A DNA stretch of 59,687 bases, filler included, from Catajapyx aquilonaris (lineage: Eukaryota), in assembly GCA_000934665.2 (NCBI GenBank). It is 3 parts of 3 records of this genome, joined end to end, with 100 filler letters (N's around TTAATTAATTAA, not from the genome) between each part and the next. Parts side by side here need not be neighbours in the genome. Positions count along the whole stretch, not along the records: positions 1 to 19,832 come from JYFJ02006384.1; positions 19,933 to 39,762 come from JYFJ02006385.1; 1 more part is not named here. The stretch is one strand, 5' to 3'. The position numbers were made by a program, and so were the translations under genes. Shown here in pieces: positions 11,090 through 21,964 of this stretch; the stretch's first letter is position 1; each line of letters begins with the position of its first letter. The notes below the pieces were generated by a model. It saw only the letters and a list, made by a program, of their open reading frames with translations. It had not been told where the DNA came from and searched no databases.

Positions 11090-11972
11090 CCCAAGTGCGT
11101 GATTATTGGTCCATCTGTATACCACACAGTGTCATCGATAGAGCTTCAAAACCCAGTAAAGTTCATACAGTATCTGTAACTGTTTTCGTTTTCAAATGAA
11201 AAGGGTGGGACACTTGGGTCAAAAATGGGGCCTAGGAGGGTGTTGTTCACCTTTTATTTCTCTTCCCCTCTCTTCATTTTCGCGTCATTTGCATACCTCG
11301 ACAAACGTAGATCGACAGAGCTTCAAAACTCGGTAAAAGGCATCTTTGTAACTGAGTACGTTTACATGGGACTAAAAATCGGCCTAGCTACGGCCGCCTA
11401 GCTAGGCGAACCGGTTTACTCCCATGTAGCCGCTGGGCCTACGATAGACCGGCCTTATCTGATCCGTTGTCGGGCGCAGCCCAAGCCTTTTGGATCGGGT
11501 GGTCTACCTAAGGCGATGGCGGTGATTGGCTGCTAGTGAACAGCCCAGGACTTGCTTCTGAGTGGACTACAGGCCGCGAAAATAGTCCCCCCGTATCTGT
11601 GGCTTTCTCGAATAAACAGTGCTGGTATATGTAATTCAACTGCCTAATTATCATGGGCAGCCCATGCGGTAGCTGCAGAGCTACACATATTGCACATTTT
11701 GCTGTGAGGAGCGGAGTATGGCCCGGCATGGTAGGGACTATTTTCGGGCGGCTCACCCCCTCGGTCCCATGTAGTGCCCGGTATAGTCTGTCCCATGTAG
11801 CAGTGGAAAAAGTGGGAGCAGGCTTTGCGTAGATAGGCCTTGCTTAGGAAGCCTGGGTCAGGCCGATTTTTAGTCCCATGTAAACGTACTCACTGTTCCA
11901 GGTTTCGAATAAAACAGGCACAAAGTTTCAGCCTCATTTTGCAGGGGGGCCTATTATTTTGTCCAACCCCTG
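11090..11972. mobile_element. mariner-like non-autonomous remnant hosting the 11354-11891 MITE
   Basis: Ends TTTTGTCCAACCCCTG|TA. Internal duplicated block ATCGAyAGAGCTTCAAAAC. Left end not found. Confidence 0.45.
11354..11891. mobile_element. PIF/Harbinger-like MITE
   Basis: Perfect ~30-bp TIR GAGTACGTTTACATGGGACTAAAAATCGGCCT with 3-bp TSD ACT. Confidence 0.8.
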
Positions 11973-12288
11973 TATGTAGGGATCTGACTTCTATCAGGCA
12001 AATAAGGATGTAAGTTGAAAAAAAAAAAAATCTGACAAAGGTACAGGTCCATAACAATTGTGCTGTTATTGTAGGGAAAGATGAGTCCTCTCTTGACAGC
12101 CATTCAAAAGAGGGAAAAACTAGCATAGGCGAAGGAGAGAGGAAATGGAGGAATGCAATCTGGTCGAAGGTCACTTTTAGTCATGAGTCCATGTTAGAGG
12201 TCAGCCCTGGTGGCAACCAGCGGCGGATTCAGCACACCAAGTGAGAATGTGAGATATGCATCTTTCCCTACAATAACGGCACAATTAT

Positions 12289-12581
12289 ACCGAAGCAGTT
12301 TGGCGGAGTGGATAAGGTGTTCAACTGCTAATCGGGAGGTCCTGGGTTCGAGTCCCAGGGCCGGCAATCCTAACCATGGTTTTCTGTGGTTTCCCACGGT
12401 CCACCCAGGAGAATTCCAGGATTGCTTCCTAAATAATAGGCCACAGCCGCTTCCTTCTGTCCCTATCCTATCCCAAAAAGCGAAGTAAATATGAAAAAGC
12501 AAAGAGTTCCAGTCAAGACAAAATTGGGATGACCTCCCCCCCAAAGAGCCGCCGGCTGATAACGGGGCATGAATTATTATT
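12289..12581 (+). mobile_element. tRNA(Ser-GCT-like)-derived SINE, family B
   Basis: TGGCGGAGTGGATAAGG...CTGCTAATC...GGTTCGAGTCC head, (ATT)n tail, TSD ATAACGGCrCAATTAT. Confidence 0.88.
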
Positions 12582-12780
12582 ATAACGGCGCAATTATTAC
12601 GGACCTGTAACTCTGACAGATTTTTTTTTCTTCAACGTACACCCTTATTTGCCTGATACAGCCAGCGGCTCACCAAGAATGCACGTCTAGCATCTTCCAC
12701 TTTTCAAATTTCCACAAAGGCATGAGTGATGTTTTTGAAAATAATGTTGTTACGTTATAAAACAATTACATACAGAAGTG

Positions 12781-13123
12781 CAAGGGGAAGGTGTGGTGGC
12801 TGAGATGGTAACATCTCGGCTTGCTGAGTGAAAGGTCCCAGGTTCGATCCCCTGTGTTGGGAGGGTCTCTGACCTGCACCTTTGGAGGTGTCTGGCAACC
12901 TCACCTCCTGGGGGATTGCCCATGGCCCAACCTTGAGACATTGCACTTGCACCTGTGTCCCCTCACCAAAAAGCCCTATCCTCTCCCATTGTCCTGTTTC
13001 CTTGCACCGGAGATTGAAGAAAGAGTACAAGAAAATTGGTGGTGGTGTACCACCCCCCAAAAAGGCCTATGTAGGCCTATCACAGGGTAAAATAAATAAA
13101 AATAAAATATAATAATAATAAAA
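12781..13123 (+). mobile_element. tRNA-derived SINE, family C
   Basis: GTGGCTGAGATGG A box, GGTTCGATCCC B box, A-rich tail, TSD ACATACAGAAGTG. Confidence 0.85.
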
Positions 13124-13598
13124 ACATACAGAAGTGAATCATAACTCAATATTATTTTACATATGAAAAGCACATGCACCTGAGTAATATTTCCTTTGCC
13201 AGTGGAATGTTTTTAATGAGATAATGTTCGCTTCATTTGGTACCCTCACTCCACCCTTGGAGCATGCGTGGAAATTAGAAAAGTGAGAGGAGCCAGACGT
13301 GCATTCTCGGGGGGCCGCTAGCTATTGAAGTCATATCTCTGCATATGTAGCCTGTGTTGACACGTTGATATGGACTGTCGTTTGCCCATCACAGTGGTCT
13401 AATGTTGTCTTGCCATGGTGCGTGTGGATTTGTCACCTTTATGAACCTTCAAGATTTCACCCCCAAGTGTTCTTCCACGTACCATGTTTGTGACTGACAA
13501 GATGTCCATATCATATATGATGAGAATGCCAATGACTAAGATATACTTGGCACACAAGTAACAAAAACTAAATTTGTTCTTTACAACTATTACCTCAC

Positions 13599-13794
13599 CA
13601 AGCAATGCGTCATCAGGCTCTTGTGTCTGGAGCAAACGTGTGAGAAGTCTGAACAAATGGCCCAAAACATCCAGATTCTCTGTGCTCCTTACAAAGGTTG
13701 GGAGACATGTAGAACGAATCAGGCCCCAGATGCGCATGATGACCACCAGCTCACGCAAAAGACTCAATGTTTTAGCATCCTTCAAAATTTCATA
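13599..13794 (-). CDS. MED16: MED16 coding exon (YEILKDAKTLSLLRELVVIMRIWGL...EPDDALL)
   Basis: ttgcag/gtgag boundaries, 196 nt. LRELxVxxRIWGL and LFRLLTRL motifs. Confidence 0.95.
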
Positions 13795-13861
13795 CTGCAA
13801 CAATGAACAAAAAACTACAATTAGTACCTCCTTGGAATACATATTATTAAAATGCCCATAC

Positions 13862-14052
13862 CCCTGGGCCTTTGTTCTGCCGATGCTCAGGAAGTGCAGC
13901 CAAAAGTGAAAGGGCAAAGTTGGCTACCCACTGAATCAGCTGCTGCAGAGACTGCAATGTGCTTGCTTCTACTGTATATTCCTTTGCCTCTAGATTCAAT
14001 AATGCTTTGTCCACATCACCTACACATTCCACACTCTTGGCACTTAATATTT
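13862..14052 (-). CDS. MED16: MED16 coding exon (EILSAK...TLQSLQQLIQWVANFALSLLAALP...)
   Basis: ttttcag/gtatg boundaries, 191 nt. TLQxLQQLxQWV motif. Confidence 0.95.
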
Positions 14053-14122
14053 CTGAAAATGCATAATGTATGTAACTTGTCTGAACTCCACGTAATGAAA
14101 AAAAAGTCTCATGTAGATGTAC

Positions 14123-14262
14123 CTGACAAACTCTCCCCTGGGCCTTTGTCATGGCTTGGCAAATCGGATGGACGCAACAGAGCCTTGAATGCTGATGCTA
14201 TGAGATGTAACATCAAAAGTGCATTTTGAAATGATGCCTTCTGCTGCCCACCTTGTTGCATC
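14123..14262 (-). CDS. MED16: MED16 coding exon (MQQGGQQKA...AFKALLRPSDLPSHDKGPGESLS)
   Basis: ttgcag/gtaca boundaries, 140 nt, phases consistent. KxLLRP...DKxPG motif. Confidence 0.93.
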
Positions 14263-14322
14263 CTGCAATTACACAAGCCAATTTCAAAATCTGCACTGTA
14301 AGCAATGTTATGATTTAATTAC

Positions 14323-14503
14323 CTGTACAACACCACTTTCATGGCCATAAACCGCACGTAGTAGCACTGCTGCAAGCTCTGTGACTGTCGATTAAAACTC
14401 TCAGTAAATCGTTCACATATCATCTCCAACATATGGCCTCGAAGACACATTAACACGTCCCACCAGTTTGTGCCTGTCACTAAGCAGTACTCCAACAAAA
14501 TCA
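14323..14503 (-). CDS. MED16: MED16 coding exon, most 5' one visible (ILLEYCLVTGTNWWDVL...AMKVVLYR)
   Basis: ccttag/gtaat boundaries, 181 nt. LLEYCxVTGxxWWD motif. Upstream exons are not in this segment. Confidence 0.95.
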
Positions 14504-14987
14504 CTAAGGGGATGGAAACAATTATATTATTATAGTTTTCATCTGCAAGAACAAGATACATAATATTCTTCATAAAATTGGCCAGTCCATCTTGGGTGAA
14601 GATCAAAATGTCCTGGTCACACAAATCGTCGGGTAAGATCAATACTATTGCATGTCCAAAAAATTCAATTTCAGGGTAAGTCCACCACCATATTCTACGC
14701 TAAGAGACGTATCTGCTGAATTGTTATTTCAAGTCCACCTTCCACCATGCGCCTGTGACATCACTAGAACGAAATTATTGTATGTTCAGCTGCACACAAC
14801 AGAAAACTTTCAATATTTTTTCCTGTGAAACTACTATTTTGTGACTTACAATAGTATTGATCTCACCCTTGAACGAAATTATAACCAGAAGCTTTTACAG
14901 TTGAATCCGGACTTCAAGGGACCACTTTTTTTTATAATTGATATTAGGGAGGTTGGCCCAGCTTTGCCTCTTCAACCTCCAAGGATA

Positions 14988-15100
14988 GGTTGATTGATTG
15001 ATTGAGTGATGGTTTATTGGCGCAAGAGCAGCAATGGCTATACTGCGCCAAGCACCTGTGACGTTGTAGGGCAGGAAAGGCAATACCACCTCAACCCCAA
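14988..15100 (-). mobile_element. 3' end of a non-LTR retroelement
   Basis: Minus strand GGCGCAGTATAGCC...TTGCGCC stem, then AATAAACCA and a (TCAA)n tail. Confidence 0.5.
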
Positions 15101-15221
15101 CGTTAAATGAACGAAAGGTTTTTAAAAAAAGAGATAATTAATTAATTAATTATCATTTTACTTGAGTATTTATTACAGTAGCAACTATAAAATTCCAATA
15201 GAATGTAATCCATCCATCCAG

Positions 15222-15392
15222 GAAAGGAAGGAAGCGGCTGTGGCCTATTATACGGAAGCAACCCCGAAATTATCCTAGGAAGACCGTGGAAAACCACAGA
15301 AAACCACAGTCAGGATCGTCGGCCCCGGGATTCTAACCCAGGACCTCCGATTAGCAGTCGGATGCCTCATCCACTATGCCAAACTGCTTCGG
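15222..15392 (-). mobile_element. SINE family B, partial
   Basis: Reverse-complement match to 12290-12460. Confidence 0.8.
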
Positions 15393-15654
15393 ACCACAGA
15401 ATAATGTCTGTTATAGCCAAATCGCCACTTTTGCAAATAAATCGCTGGGTAAAGGATATTTTCAACAAGACCATACAATGCCATACATCAAACAAATCCA
15501 TGGCGCTCATTGAAAGTTTCTTTGACGATCGGATAATTTCCAAAAATCTGTGGCCACCGAGATCTCCCGATTTGACAAGCCCGGACTGCTTTCTATGGGG
15601 TTTCTTAAAAGACAGAGTTTACGCCACAAGCCCCCGAACGTTGGACGATTTGAA

Positions 15655-16158
15655 AGGGACACTCCACTCAAAATACAAGTTGATCTGTAAAAATCAGGCA
15701 AAAAATCCTGATTCCGGTGATACCATCCGTTTATCTCTGATACAAACGGTAATGTCAGGGGAAGAGACGAAAGTCGGAAAAAATTCGAGGTCTGTTCGAG
15801 AGTGGCGCCGCCTGGCCACGTGGCCAAGTTAGGCGACGTTGGATAGAGCGCCGCCCTTCCCAACGGGCACTAGGGGAATTTGGCTTCGGACACAACCAGA
15901 TCCCCACGAATCCCCATACCCGCAGGGAACTTATCCAAGTCGCCGTTGGGAAGGGCGGTGCTACTATCCAACGTCACCCTCAGAGGGTGGCGTCGCCACC
16001 TGCGCCGGGCCCGTTTGAGCGCGGTTTTCGAACGACACACTTCCAGCTTTCGCCCTGGCCTTACCGTTCGTCTCTCAGAAAAACTGCTTATACCCTCGGA
16101 GTCAGGATTTTTTGCCTGATTTTTAGAGCCCAACTTGTATTTTGAGTGGAGTGTCCCT
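15655..16158. mobile_element. Kolobok/T2-like MITE, complete
   Basis: TGAA|AGGGACACTCCACTCAAAATACAAGTTG ... CAACTTGTATTTTGAGTGGAGTGTCCCT|TGAA. Confidence 0.85.
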
Positions 16159-16290
16159 TGAAGCAGAACATTACACAAGAGATCAGTGGTCTTGACAACA
16201 GCATTCTCCAATGAACGGCCAGCAACATGGAACGACGTGTTGCACTGTGCTTAGAGCAGGAGGGAGGACATTTTCAACATTTCCTCTAGA

Positions 16291-17371
16291 GATGGTTCCC
16301 AACCTTTTTTGCCTCATGCACCCTTTTTACCATAACCCAGCACACCATTCCCCCCCTCCAAGATTGGCTAAAAAATTGCATTCCAAATCATATGCATGCA
16401 ATATTGAAAGTGGTTTATATTTCTGTATAACTTACATTTCCATATGGATTGTTTATAGTGGATTGTTGCATAATTAATAACAATAGAAAGGGTTGCTGGA
16501 TTTTAAAATATTAACCAAAATGTGGGTAATTTTTCATTACTAAACATAATTACTGTACTTAACCTACTAAGTCACTAGTCATTAAAGTGACTAAACTTCA
16601 ACAAGTGAAAGGTAGGGTCTTGCAATACAATTTGCTCCTATGAACATTCCAGTCAGTGAGACACCTGTGATTGTTTTTTCTTCGCCAATTCTGTGATACG
16701 CGGAGGAATGCTTGATAGGGCACAACGCATGTCATCCTCAACTTCCAATCTATTTCGTTTCTTTGATTTTATTTCCAACAGAGTTGAAAACCCTGATTCA
16801 CAAAGATACGTTGACACAAATGGTAGTAATGCCCGGATAGCTCTTTCTGCAACTTTTGGGTAAGAATCGCACATCAAAGGCCAAAATTCTGTAATTGATT
16901 TGTCTTCGAACAAATCTCTTGCTCCTGAATCACTCTTCAGCTCCAGAAATTCATCTTGACAATCATCAGGTCGGGGTGCAAGCCGCTTACCCTCACCGGA
17001 CACCGGAGGTATGGCGAGGGACGGCCCTCCTACCCACAGATACCTGTGGCGCCCGGCGCCCCTGGCGGCGTGTCGAGAAACAGTACTTCATGTGGCAACA
17101 TTGTATACGGGATAATTTTCGCGCTAATTCAAACTCGCAAGACTGCTTCCCCCTTCTTGAGCGGCTCGAGAGGCATCTGAGAGGCTTGAGGGAAAGCGTA
17201 AGTGTTGCAACCCTCTCTACGGGTAAGCCAAAGCTTCATGTGGAGGAAAATCGAAGGCAATAAGATGATAAAAAATATCAAAAAGTGGGTCTGCGGAGCC
17301 CAATCAAATCCCCCCCTGAAACCCGGGAATTCCCCCCTGGGGGGGAATTCCCCCCCGGTTGGGAACCACTG
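16291..17371 (-). mobile_element. hAT (Charlie/Buster) internally deleted element
   Basis: TIR TGGTTCCCAACC / GGTTGGGAACCACTG, with CTCTAGA on both flanks (NTCTAGAN-type target). Confidence 0.85.
16653..16968 (-). pseudogene. hAT/Buster transposase C-terminal dimerisation-domain remnant
   Basis: FW...YP...A...LLPFVSTYLCESGFSTL...KRNRL...DMRCALS...Q-x-SH*. Confidence 0.9.
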
Positions 17372-17510
17372 CTCTCTAGACTGAGTCTAGAGTTTAGTAT
17401 TCTCCCAAAGTTACTCTACATTTGAGGTACAATACATAAATAAATATACCATTCTTGTTAAAATTAATTGAGAACGAAATGTGTCAGTTTTATGGGAATC
17501 ACCCTGATAT

Positions 17511-18049
17511 CATCACGTGCAGAGTTCGGGGTCATCTCTGGATTCGTCTAGGGTGGGATTTCCGATAGACGAACCACCCGGGGGAGCTCACAAAATACCC
17601 CGTTATCAGCCATCGGCTCTTTAGGGGGGAAGTTTGTTTTGCCTGTAACTCTTTGCTTTCATTTTACTGTGCTCTTTGGGATAGGATAGGGACGGAAGGA
17701 GCGGCTGTGGCCCATTAATAATTACGGAAACACCTCCGGAATTTCCCTGGAAGGACCGTGGGAAACCACAGAAAACCACGGTCAGAGTTGCCGGCCCCGG
17801 GATTCGAACCCAGGACCTCCCGATTAGCAGTCGGACGCCTTATCCACTATGCCAACCTGCTTCGGTAGGGGAGCTCACAAAATGACCATAGTGCCGACAT
17901 TGCACTGCACATTGCACTTCCCCTCCCAGTCACCCTGCCCTCGGACCAGGGCTCTTCGTTGTCCAAATTAATGTACATCTTGGCAAATAAAGGTCCGTGT
18001 CAAAACCTCAGCTGAGGTACGGCATTACACCCAATTATTATTATTATTA

Positions 18050-18092
<43 letters not shown>

Positions 18093-18095
18093 TAC
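17511..18095 (+). mobile_element. 5'-truncated SINE family A carrying a nested family B SINE
   Basis: Matches 9008-9304; (ATT)n tail; split at the duplicated GGGGAGCTCACAAAAT. Confidence 0.85.
17597..17867 (-). mobile_element. SINE family B
   Basis: Reverse complement of 12289-12570. 16-bp TSD GGGGAGCTCACAAAAT at 17581-17596 and 17868-17883. Confidence 0.9.
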
Positions 18096-18515
18096 TGCAT
18101 ATTGATAAATGAAACTATACACAAACATGCAAAATTAGCTCACCCATAACTTAGGCAGGACCAAAAAACATCCATAATTTTCTTGTCTCATTATTGTCAA
18201 ATATATATCAGAAAAAGAACGATTTTGATCTTTTCGGCAAGTGTTAGATCAGTGACAGGTGGGAAAATCACCCCTTCTCCAGTATTCAATGCTTTCCTCG
18301 CATGGAAAAGGAAGCTGAGTGATCAAAAACAGCATATTTTCCCACCGAGGGGCCAAGAAATGGTCTGTTGCCGACGTGAGGTGAAAATGAGTCTGTTATA
18401 TCAAGAGTAAAAATACACAGGGCCTCATGGAAGTATGGTGGGACTGGCCCTTCGAGTCTGTTATAACCCTAAGTCTGTTACAGCCGAGGCTGTTATATCC
18501 GGATACAACTGTATA

Positions 18516-19413
18516 CAGGGTGACGGGAAACTCGTGCCAAATCCCCAGATAGACTGATAGTACTTGCAAAACTAATACAGGGTGTAAATGAATTCAACCG
18601 ACAAACTTGTAGGGGTAATAGAGGGGACCAAGACAAGTATTTTTGACATAGGAACCCGTGTCTGGAAACGCCATCTAGAGGGGGGTTCATAGACGAGGAA
18701 CGGGTGCGCTCAGACGCGTCACGCAGGAGGCGCAAGGTGAGCGTACTGTTTTGTTGATAGATGGCGTTCGGATAATAAACAAAGGTGAGATGTGCCATAA
18801 CCTGGCAACAACAGAGCCATCTAGCAACTAAAGTACGCCTCCTAGGAGACGCGTGGAGAGTAAACAACGGTTCTGTTGTTGCCATGTTATGGCGTATCAC
18901 GTCGTTGTTTGCTTACGACGACACGATATGCCATAACCTGCCAACAACTGCGCGTCCTCTATCAACCAAACAGTCCGGTCGCCTAGCACCTCCTTCCTGA
19001 CGCGTCCGAGCACACCCGTTCATTGTATATGATCCCCCTCTAGATGGCGTTTCCGGACACAGGTTCCTATGTCAAAAATACTTGTCTTGGTCCCCTCTAT
19101 TACCCCTACAAGTTTGTCGGTTGAATTCATTTACACCCTGTATAGGGATGTGCAATTCGTTTTGGGCGCCGATGCATAGTTAATGTGTATGGTGCCTTTA
19201 AAGTGTAGAGGTCCGGATGGTAAAATATGAGGTAAAAACGACAAGTGCATGGGTATTGTACCCGGATCCTTACTTTGACGGGATTTGATCGCTTTTTGCA
19301 CATGGACGATGTGTTATAGACCCATGGCTGGATTGTTCGGAGGCCGTCGAGCTGGCTTTTGCTTCTTTATAGCTGGCGGAATGGATGTGACATCACGAAA
19401 CTTTGACGGCGTC
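18516..19413. mobile_element. mariner-type MITE (same family as 27165-27603), interrupted twice
   Basis: TA|CAGGGTGACGGGAAACTCG. Colinear with 27165-27495 once the inner MITE is removed. Confidence 0.8.
18578..19140. mobile_element. Near-perfect palindromic mariner-type MITE
   Basis: TA|CAGGGTGTAAATGAATTCAACCGAC ... GTCGGTTGAATTCATTTACACCCTG|TA, with inverted arms over 100 bp. Confidence 0.9.
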
Positions 19414-19416
19414 ATA

Positions 19417-19832
19417 TCCTCCTGAGACCCGAGAAGAATTGAGTAACGCAATATCAGTTCCTATTGCATTTTCTGAACATTTTCCCAATAAGAAACGAGA
19501 AAAAAAATTTAGTTTTAAAATATCAACAAAAATGGCGACAAACAACCAATGAGAACATTGGCATTCATTTGCTGCTACAGAAGCAGAACGGATGAAAGCT
19601 GAAAATTGAAATACCCCTTAATGGATCACTCACATAGTGCTCTATCCTCAAAACAATGTTTTTAAAATTCATTTGTGGAATTAGTGGTAGCAATTCCTCT
19701 CAGAAGACAATTAAAGATAAATGAAATTATTTTTGAACGCCACCACTCCAGGCATGGGGCTTGCTCCTTCCCTTCTTACCCGCTAAAGTGGTACCTTGCT
19801 ATTCTAGATTTTGAAACTGAACTGCATAGTGA
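19417..19832 (-). mobile_element. Partial copy of the TCCTCCTGAGACC element, cut by the gap
   Basis: Reverse-complement match to ~32129-32544. Confidence 0.85.
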
Positions 19833-19932
19833 NNNNNNNNNNNNNNNNNNNNNNNNNNNNNNNNNNNNNNNNNNNNTTAATTAATTAANNNNNNNNNNNN
19901 NNNNNNNNNNNNNNNNNNNNNNNNNNNNNNNN
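19833..19932. other. Artificial assembly spacer (N44-TTAATTAATTAA-N44)
   Basis: Exactly 100 nt with a palindromic linker that has stops in all six frames. Repeated identically at 39763-39862. Confidence 0.95.
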
Positions 19933-20686
19933 TTGATGCAACAGAGTGATGGAATGTATGTTTACAGGCATGGGCTAGCTAGTTATGAACAAAAATCCCA
20001 AATCCCAGACCAAGGCTAGTTCCCCATTTGTGATGGTTGTATTGGACAGTTGTTCCAGCAGTGGGGCAAGTGTCTCAATGCACATGTGGCGTACTCTTAA
20101 ATAATCTGTGCAGTCCGAGTAATTTTCGTGCTTCCATTTGCCACCACCCGCAATCCCATATCCTCACCCCTGCTGTCATCAACCCTTATACTGGATGCCA
20201 GTCTGCTATTGAATGTTGATAAGCTTTGACGTCAAACAAAATTTATGAACAGGTATGCGAGACCTTAGAAAAGCTACTGACTGGTAGATGGCAATAGATG
20301 GGTTGATTAGGGGGCCATTATACCCAGGGGAGCTGGCCGGCCAGTATAAAGTAGGGCGTTTTTCGCGCCTTTTCCTTCCCCATTGTCGCCTATATAGCCC
20401 TTCTGGGGAGGGGAAAAATGAGTCGAGTTACAAGTGATATATAGGCGTGAAACAAGGTTAAAAACTTGGCCATTATTTGCTATCTCATAATTCTGCCCTA
20501 ACTAGTAACCACCATGCACTTTACTTTCAGATATGCATCACTTGTCACATATTGTGTTTATGAGTTGCATGGTTGCATATTTTTTTCCTTGAGGGGGACA
20601 GTTGCCAATATTTTTCATGAGACTGTGTTTTGGGGCAAAATGCACAAATTAGCCTAATTGGTTAACAATTACTTGCCTTTTTCCAG

Positions 20687-20758
20687 AATAAACGCAAGCG
20701 GCAGGCTGCTCAACAGGAGAACAAGACAGCCAAGAAATACAAAGAATTCAAATTCTGA
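20687..20758 (+). CDS. SF3B2: Splicing factor 3B subunit 2, last coding exon (NKRKRQAAQQENKTAKKYKEFKF*)
   Basis: Acceptor ctttttccag, TGA stop, AATAAA at 20832-20837. KRK...KKYKEFKF* is the SF3B2 C-terminus as I recall it. Confidence 0.85.
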   Translation, partial: NKRKRQAAQQENKTAKKYKEFKF

Positions 20759-20942
20759 GCCTTGGAATACTTTTTATTGGGTATTTCCAAATACAATGTA
20801 TGATTCCTCTCTGGATACTTTGTAGTTCTTCAATAAAACTTATTCCTTTTAATCTTATATCATCACTTCTAGGGAAATCAAAGCAATGATGAAACGTGAA
20901 AAAATCATGAAAAGAAAACACGATAAAGCAGGAAACTAATGA

Positions 20943-21087
20943 TTAAATTAGATCAGCCACATTCATAGGCATTTCATCAATCTGAGTGGAGTAGTACTGC
21001 TCAATATCTCGAAGGATGCGGATGTCGTCGTTCTTGACAAAGTTGATGGCCACACCTTTGCGCCCAAAGCGTCCTGATCGTCCAATC
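20943..21087 (-). CDS. EIF4A3: eIF4A-III coding exon 4 ([47 protein letters not shown])
   Basis: Motif VI HRIGRSGR is completed across the splice. Canonical eIF4A3 C-terminus; TAA stop. Confidence 0.97.
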
Positions 21088-21497
21088 CTAGAATGACAAT
21101 CATATATTCACTTCATTTGCATATTTCTCTATTAATAATACACAAGACTGTGCAATTTTCACTAGTTCAACATGTGTCAAAATCTGAATATCGCGAGAGA
21201 GCCACAAAAGTTATGCCTCAGCCCTCCATTTAATTGCATGCACAGAAGGGTATCAAGAAGTGTCCAAATAAAAAACTAATACAGATTATAGATTGGAGGG
21301 ATCAGGAGTTAAAAATATCATTAATAATAATAAAATCCTGTAAAATGCAAGTGCAATGTCAATTTAAAATGAGGGTCTTGACATAATTACCCAGAATGTG
21401 CAAATATATTTTTAAAGGGGGTATCTCATATGGATTGGTTCGGCTGGACAGACATAAATAGGCTAGGAAGATCCACAAGATTTCAACCAACGTGGAT

Positions 21498-21755
21498 AAT
21501 AATATTATAATAATGGATACCCCGAGATAGGCCTTGGGCCTCTTAGGGATCTTCTTTTCGTGAACCGACTTTAATCATTGCCTGCGTGTGATGGATTTTG
21601 ATTGGGGGAGGAAACGGGAGAACCCCGAGAAAACCCACGCGAACACGGAGAAAACCCATCGAAACTCTATCCACATAAGTATCCTCCGTCCGATCCAGGG
21701 ATCGAACTCGGGACCTTAGAGGTGGAAGGCTAACCACTCCGCCACCGTGTCACCC
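21498..21755 (-). mobile_element. tRNA-derived SINE, family D, with V-domain-like core
   Basis: GGTGGCGGAGTGG A box, GAGTTCGATCCC B box, core GCGTGGGTTTTCTCGGGGTTCTCCCGTTTCCTCCC, TSD TTCAACCAACrTGGAT. Confidence 0.85.
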
Positions 21756-21964
21756 TTCAACCAACATGGATGTGAGCTAAATTATGAAACACATGGTATT
21801 TATGCTTGTCATATGACCACCATTTCAGAAGAAACCTTTTTTTTTACACCTTCCATAAGAGTACTCACTGGTCCTACTTTATACACTTTACCTACTTTCA
21901 TATGCTTTACAGTGCACCCTTTATGTTCCAAAATACCCCAAACCTGTACATGTAAATTATTGTA

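Larger units (their letters stand above)
11973..13345. mobile_element. Unclassified multi-arm foldback element containing two SINE insertions
   Basis: Outer inverted repeat TATGTAGGGATCTGACTTC vs GAAGTCATATCTCTGCATA. Inner hairpin 1 ~11993-12660; inner hairpin 2 ~12661-13322. Confidence 0.6.
15400..17506 (+). pseudogene. Fragmented Tc1/mariner transposase C-terminus and right end, split by two insertions
   Basis: YFQQD...WPPRSPDLTSPDCFLWGFLKDRVY (to 15654) resumes at 16159 as KQNITQEI...CLEQEGGHFQHFL* with an internal stop. Ends ATCACCCTG at 17506. Confidence 0.85.

Noticed and set aside
12289..12365. tRNA-Ser(GCT)-like gene (and the other tRNA-like heads)
   Set aside because: No long variable arm or proper acceptor stem; followed by a SINE body, tail and TSD. 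These are SINE heads, not tRNA genes.
19877..19888. TTAATTAATTAA as a biological motif
   Set aside because: Synthetic linker embedded in Ns.
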